64,000 nt of DNA from the human T2T-CHM13v2.0 reference genome, Homo sapiens. This document shows, in pieces, positions 53,575 to 64,000 of the stretch (position 1 is the first letter of the stretch; every line of letters starts with the position of its first letter). The notes beneath the pieces are model-generated. The model was not told where the DNA came from. It saw nothing but the letters and a program-made list of their open reading frames with translations, and did not search any database. The stretch lies in the NCBI RefSeq assembly GCF_009914755.1, contig NC_060939.1. The stretch is one strand, 5' to 3'. The position numbers and the translations under genes were made by a program.

Positions 53575-53990
53575 GCGAAATGTCCAGAAATGCCCAAACA
53601 GAGGAAGTGTCAGTTAGTAAAACTGATCAATGGTTGCAAGGGGTTGCGAGGAGGAAGAGAGGAATATGCCGTGCCCACAGAGGCATTTGGGGCAGTGAAG
53701 CTACCCTGTATGATCACTGCAGTGGTGGATAAGTGTTATTATACATTTGTCAAAACCCACGGAATGTACAACATCTACAATGAACCCTAATGTAAACTAT
53801 AGTCTTTGAGTGATACGGATGTGTCAGTGTAGATTCATCAGTTGTAACAAATGTACCACTCTAGTGTGGTTCGATAGTAAGGGAGGCTGTGCACATGTGG
53901 GAGCTGGCAATACGTGGAAAGTCTCTGTACCTTCCTCTCAATTTTGTTGTAAACCTAAACTGCTCTAAAATATAAAGTGTATTTTTAAAA
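53575..53990 (+). mobile_element. L1MC 3' end
   Basis: TATACATTTGTCAAAACCCAC..GAACCCTAATGTAAACTAT..TGTAACAAATGTACCACTCT. Confidence 0.85.
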
Positions 53991-54105
53991 AGTCAATTAC
54001 TATAAAAGAATGGCAATCTTTAGATTTGGTTTAAAACAGTGGTTTCTAAATACCGGTGACTAAACCTGAGATGGATGTCAAATACAGACACCTGGAGCCT
54101 ACCTA

Positions 54106-54488
54106 CTGTCTCAGTCTGTTTGTGCTTCTCTAACAAAACACCTCATTCTGTGTAGTACTTTATAAACAATAGAAATTTTTTTTACAGTTCTGGAGGCTGG
54201 GCCAGCAGGTTTGGTGTCTGGAGAGGGTCCCAACTCTGCTACCAAGACGGCACCTTGCTGCTCCATCTTCCACAGGGGAGGGACACTGTCCTCACATAGG
54301 AGAAGATGGAAGGGAAAGGGGACAATCCCTTCAACCTCCAGCTCTTATAAGGGCACTAATTCCACTCGTGAAGACAGAGTCCTCATGACTGAATCATCTC
54401 CTGAAGGCCACACTTCTTAATACTGTTGCATTGGGGATTAAGTTACCACAAAAATTTTGGAACAGACACCATCATTTAAACCATAGCA
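54106..54488 (-). mobile_element. MLT1A/MST-type MaLR solo LTR
   Basis: TGTCTCAGTCTGTTTG..ACAGTTCTGGAGGCTGGG..AAACCATAGCA. Confidence 0.8.
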
Positions 54489-55897
54489 CCTGCTGAAAAT
54501 CAGAATCTTATAGTAAAAGGAGAGAATCTGTATTTTAAAAGAATGCAGGGAGACAGGCTGGCAACATGGCCAAATGGGAAGAGCTCTGGTCTGCAGCTCC
54601 CAGCGAGATCAACACAGAAGGCGGATGATTTCTGCATTTCCAACAGAGGTATCTGGCTCATCTCACTGAGACTGGTTAGACAGTGGGTGCAGCCCACGGA
54701 GAGTGAGCCAAAGCAGGGTGGGGCCTCACCTCACCCAGGAGGCACAAGGGGTTGGGGAACTCCCTCCCCTACCCAAGGGAAGCCATGAGGGACTGTGCCA
54801 TGAGAAACGGTGTATTCCAGCCTAGATACTACACTTTTCCCACGGTCTTCACAACCCACAGACCAGGAGATTCCCTCAGGTGCCTAAGCCACCAGGGCCC
54901 TGGGTTTTAAGCACAAATCTGGACAGCCATTTGGGCAGGTACCAAGCTCGCTGCAGCAGCTTTTTTTTCATGACCCAGTGGTGCCTGGAACACCAGCAAG
55001 ACAGAACCATTCACTCCCCTAAAAAAGGGGCTGAAGCCAGGGAGCCAAATGGTCTAGCTCAGTGGATCCCACCTCCGACAGAGCCCAGCAAGCTAAGATC
55101 CACTGGCTTGAAATTCTCACTGCCAGCACGGCTGTCTGAAGTCAACCTGGGATGCTTGAGCTTGGTGGGGGGAGGGGCGTCCACCATCACTGAGGCTTGA
55201 GTAGGCAGTTTTCCCCTCACAGTGTAAAAAAAGCCGCCAGGAAGTTTGAACTGGGTGGAGCCCACCACAGCTTGGCAAAGCCACTGTAGCCAGACTGCCT
55301 CTCTAGATTCCTCCTCTCTGGGCAGGAAATCTCTGAAAGAAAAGCAGCAGCCCCAGTTAAGGACTTATAGATAAAACTCCCATCTCCCTGGGACAGAGCA
55401 CCTGCGGGAAGGGGCGCGGCTGTGGGCGCAGCTTCAGCAGACTTAAACATCCCTGCCTGATGGCTCTGAAGAGAGCAGCGGATCTCCCAGCACAGTATTC
55501 AAGCTCTGCTAAGGGACAGGCTGCCTCCTCAAGTGGGTCCCTGACCCCTGTGTCTCCTGATGGGGAGACAGCTCCCAGCAGGGGTCAACAGACACCTCAT
55601 AGAGGAGAGCTCTGGCTGGCATCTGGCAGGTGCGCCTCTGAGATGAAGCTTCCAGAGGAAGGAACAGGCACCAATATTTGCTGTTCTGCAGCCTCCGCTG
55701 GTGATACCAAGGCAAACACGATCTGGAGTGGACCTCCAGCAAACTCCAGCAGACCAGCAGCAGAAGGGCCTGACTGTTAGAAGGAAAACTAACAAACAGA
55801 AAGGAATAGTGTAAACACCAACAAAAAGGACATCCACAAAGAAACCCCTTCCAAAGGTCACCAACATCAAAGACCAAAGGTAGATAAATCCACGAAG

Positions 55898-56907
55898 ATG
55901 AGGAAAAACCAGCACAGAAAGGCTGAAAATTCCTAAAGCCAGACACCTCTTCTCCTCCAACGCATCACAACTCCTTGCCAACAAGGGAACAAAACTGGAC
56001 AGAGAATGAGTTTGACGAATTGACAGAAGTAGGCTTCAGAAGGTGGGTAATAACAAACTCCTCCAAGCTAAAGGAGTGTGTTCTAACCCAATGCAAGGAA
56101 GCTGAGAACCTTGAAAAAAGGTTAGAGGAATTGCTAACTAGAATAACCACTTTAGAGAAGAACATAAATGACCTGATGGAGCTGAAAAACACAGCATGAG
56201 AACGTCGTGATGCATACAAATATCAATAGCTGAATTGATCACGTGGAAGAAAGGATATCAGAGATTGAAGATCAACTTAATGAAATAAAGCATGAAGACA
56301 ACAGTAGAGAAAAAAGAATGAAAAGGAACAAACAAAGCCTCCAAGAAATATGGGACTATGTGAAAAGACCAAACCTACGTTTGATTGGTGTACCTGAAAG
56401 TGACAGGGAGAATGAAACCAAGTTGGAAAATACTCTTCAGGATATTATCCAGAACTTCCCCAATCTAGCAAGACAGGCCAACATTCAAATTCAGGAAATA
56501 CAGAGAACACCACAAACATACTCCTCGAGAAGAGCAACCCCAAGACACATATAATTGTCAGATTCACCAAGGTTGAAATGAAGGAAAAAATGTTAAGAGC
56601 AGCCACAGAAAAAGGTCTCGTTACCCACAAATGGAAGCCCATTAGACTAATAGCAGATCTCTGCAGAAACACTGCAAGCCAGAAGAGAGTGGGGGCCAAT
56701 ATTCAACATTCTTAAAGAAAAGAATTTTCAACCCAGAATTTCATATCCAGCGAAACTAAGCTTCATAAGCAAAGGAGAAATAAAATCCTTTACAGACAAG
56801 CAAATGCTGTTACCACCAGGCCTACCTTACAAGAGCTCCTGAAGGAAGCACTAAATATGGAAAGGAAAAACTGGTACCAGCCACTACAAAAATATACCAA
56901 ATTGTAA
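55898..56907 (+). pseudogene. L1 ORF1p remnant (stops and frameshifts)
   Basis: Fragments EQNWTENEFDELTEVGFRRWVITN and SLQEIWDYVKRPNLRLIGVPE. Confidence 0.9.
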
Positions 56908-56970
56908 AGATCATAGACAGTATGAAGAAACTGTATCAACTGATGGCCAAAATAACCAGCTAGCGTCATA

Positions 56971-60808
<3,838 letters not shown>

Positions 60809-61569
60809 ACAATGAGAACACATGGACACAGGGAGAGGGACATCACACACTGGGGCCTGTCAGGGAGTCAGGGGCAAGGGGAGGGATAGCATTAGGACAA
60901 ATACCTAATGTAGATGACAGGGTGATGGGTGCAACAAACCACCATGGTACGTGTATCTATGTAACAAACCTGCACGTTGTGCACATGTATCCCAGAACTT
61001 AAAGTTTAAAAAAAAAAAAAAAGAGAGAGAATGCTAAGGATGCAGTGAAGTACAACAGGTTTGGAAAGACACTGTGAGAGTCTCAAGGCAAATTCTCCCA
61101 TATCCCACGTGTCTCTGAAGTCCCTGTGTCCCCAGTCCCCATGCCCACTTCTCTCCACGCCTCCTTCCAGCTCACTTGTACCCTCATGGTGCCCCTCCTA
61201 CAGATCTACCTGCCACCTTACATTATCACTGCACTGCCTCATATATCCTACTAAATCCTCTCTTCCTCCTGGTGCTCAGTTGGGTCCATCACCTTTCTCT
61301 GGGGCCCTACAGCACCCCTGGCTTCTACAGTAGCACTTGCTATACTCACTGTAATCCTTGTTGGCGCATATATCTCTCCAGCTAGACCATCAATATCTGC
61401 AGGAATGTAGCCTTTTTCCTGTACCCAGCCCAGATTCTGGTTCACCACATCCTTGTTGCCTGAGTAAATAATGAACTGAATCCTCCCAGGCCCATCCAAG
61501 CTTCTGTGACCACTCCAGTGAACAAGCTCACTCTCACACGGACTCTCCCCCGTCTCCCCTGCTTGCTTG

Positions 61570-61643
61570 CTTTCTCTTTCTCTCTCTCTCTCTGTCTCTG
61601 TGTGTGTGTGTGTGTGTGTGTGTGCATGCATGCGTGTGTGTGT
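61570..61643. repeat. Compound (CT)n(GT)n microsatellite
   Basis: Seen directly. Confidence 0.92.
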
Positions 61644-62255
61644 ATCTCTGTTAGCACTGGTCTGGAGTTGTTACTAGCAGCTTTCTTATATGGCTGTAAA
61701 CTGGTATTTTTCTATTTTTCTATTTGTATCTCCTCCCACCCCAAATGTCTGGGAGCATGCTTGCTAACCAGTAGATTCCTGCAGATGCTTGTAGATGGTT
61801 TGGTTGATAGAGACACAGGGTTGTACAGAGAAAATGACAGGAATACAGAAGCCCTGGGTTCAAGTTTCAGCTTCACATTTAGAGACTAGATTTGCTGCAT
61901 AATCCAGAGATCATTCCTTGACAACTATGATTCTAGACCTCTTTATTTGTAACTAGGGGTTTACTATTCTTCCTGGGATGCATGTAGGTTAGATAGAGTA
62001 AGGGAACAGTCTTAAACCATTGATGTTCCCTATATCTGCAGTTGAAGATGTATCCTGGTTGGAATGAAGTCCAACCACAGTGATACCGTTCCACAGAGCA
62101 ATGTAATCACCCACAGATCCCAGAGCAAAGTGGGAGGAAGGGCGAGAAGGGAAGAGGCACAGCTTATCACATCAGCAGTAGTCCAACCAAGGGCCTTACA
62201 TCAAAACCTGTTCACTCTCAGGTGCAGAATCTTGGTCACGCCAAGGTATTGCTAT

Positions 62256-62723
62256 TGTAAATCAAAAAGTGGCTGAAGCAGATCTCAATTTGAAGGTTAT
62301 TTTGCCTAGGTTGAGGATGCACCCAGGAAAAAGAAACACAAGTTACAGTAGGATCTGTAACCTGTATTTTTTCCAAAAAGGGTTTTAGGAATTTCAATAT
62401 TTAAAGGCAAAAGAGCAAGCAGGAGGGAAGGAGAGGGGAAAAAAAAGGGAGGGTAAGGAATGGGGCAAGTGTTTACATCCTTGTAAGGTTTTGATTAGCA
62501 CTCAGTGAAAAGAAAGGAATGGGGGAAACAGTCAATTATACATTCACCTCAAGCTCAGTAATTCTACATTTTACATAAGATAAAGTAAGCATGTGAAATT
62601 ACAGCTATCCATTTGGGAATAAAAGGAAGGTAGTTTTTTGTGTGACTCCAAAAAAGTTTCCAACCTTAACTTTTCCTTTGATATAGTGAGTTTGGGATCC
62701 CGAGATTTTGTTTTTCTTTCACA
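62256..62723 (-). mobile_element. MER4-family ERV1 3' LTR
   Basis: TGTAAATCAAAAAGT..TTATTTTGCCTAGGTTGAGGATGCACCC..GGGATCCCGAGATTTTGTTTTTCTTTCACA. Confidence 0.8.
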
Positions 62724-64000
62724 TTTCCCGTTCTCCGAAATCTTTAGGAGAAAGCATTGTAGAAGAAAATGAGTCTGCGGTCACAGGTTCAGTCATATTC
62801 CTCAGATCTAGAATGGTTTAATTTACTCCTAGAAGGTGAGGTCTCATATGGCTAGGAGGGCTTACTCCTAAGAGGACATGAAGTCTCCTGTCCCACACAG
62901 CAAAACAGAAGGAGGAAGAAAGAAAGAAAAAAGGGCAGGGAAAAAAGGAGGACAAAAAGGCCAGATTATAACAACAAAGGGAAAGCAATCCTGAAAACAT
63001 GATTCAGGCTATATTACCAAAAAGGCCAAGAAGTCCATACATCTGTAGGCAGACAGGAAGGTGATATAAATAAATAAATGCACACACACATACATAGGTT
63101 ACATGTATGTGTATGTGTATACATACAGTGTATGTGTATATGTGTGTGTGTATATATGTATATGTATGTGTGTGTGTTTGTGTGTGTGTGTATACATATA
63201 GCTGTTATTTCTCCCAAAGTCTAAGTTGCCTAGCTTTAGTGTGTAGGGCTTTAAGAAAAGCACAGTCATAATTTCTAGTGATTCCAAGTAGTTAGAAAAA
63301 TGGGAGAAAAAAATAATTTGAAAATGTTAGCTTGGAGACTTGTAGTCAGGAAAGAATGCAAGGTACAGTCCAGATAAATTGTAGGCAAATAATAAAAACT
63401 GAAAAACAGACAAGGCTAGAATCTAATAACAGGTTTACTATAGTTTCTTTTGAAACATGATTTTTCTCTCTCCAGTTCCCCATTTTTACCAAAGATAAAT
63501 TATAGTAGGACCAGTTTATTTGCAAAATAAGTTTTAGTCTTATTATACTTAGCCTGATCATTTGCATCAAGTGCAGCCAGAATAATTATTGATCAATAGG
63601 CTCTTTTTGAATTGGCTTTGCTGGAGCTTTTTCATAAGGAATCTCAGATTAGATTTTTAAAGGCCTCTCAAGCCCAGCTGAGAATTTATCTGTATCTGTA
63701 TGAATTGGGTAAATTCCTCTCTTCTCAAGATCCCAAAATAACTTGAGTTTCCCGGGCCTGTCAGAAAGTGAGGCAGGGAGAATCGCTTGAACCCAGGAAG
63801 TGGAGCTTGCAGTGAACTGAGATTGCGCCATTGCACTCCAGCCTGGGTGACAGAGCAAGACTCTGTCTCAAAAAAAAAAAAAAAAGAAAGTGACATTCTT
63901 TACTTATCACAGGTCAGGAACCCTGTGAAGGAACTACATAGACAAAATATGAGGCCAGTAGTTCTGAGGGGCTTTTATCAGCTCCATAAAGTCAATTTTA
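62724..64000 (-). mobile_element. MER4-group ERV internal region (continues beyond the window)
   Basis: Directly abuts the LTR; typical MER4-int sequence (TATTTGCAAAATAAGTTTTAGTCTTATTATACTT; AAAGGCCTCTCAAGCCCAG); (TG/TA)n at about 63100-63200. Confidence 0.75.
63772..63884 (+). mobile_element. 5'-truncated Alu right arm
   Basis: A tail; TSD AGAAAGTGA at 63763-63771 and 63885-63893. Confidence 0.92.

Overview
Primate (very probably human) nuclear DNA with no recognisable protein-coding exon, RNA gene or CpG island. It reads as intergenic or deep-intronic sequence dominated by transposable elements. All repeat family names come from my recall of consensus sequences, not from a database search. 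Every long ORF in the track that resembles a known protein is a broken L1 ORF1/ORF2, Tigger1 or Alu fragment. Main contents: a full-length but dead L1PA7-like element (54.5-61.0 kb); two 5'-inverted (twin-primed) L1s with visible target-site duplications (TSDs); a near full-length Charlie5 hAT fossil; an internally deleted Tigger1; about 12 Alus; and many LTRs (MLT1, MLT2, LTR16, LTR18B-like, LTR9-like, MER41B, MER4). The most interesting object is a MER41B element at 44.0-44.95 kb. It has the shape of a retroviral RNA (R-U5-PBS...PPT-U3-R) rather than a provirus, its internal region is collapsed to about 295 bp apparently at a splice junction, and it keeps one intact STAT GAS site. Other notable items are a 72-bp templated insertion copied from 1.86 kb away, fold-back/template-switch scars, a candidate short L1 3' transduction, an indel-free degenerate telomere-like hexamer array, and several motif-dense unique segments that may be regulatory. 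I could not identify the locus, and I found no novel multi-gene system.
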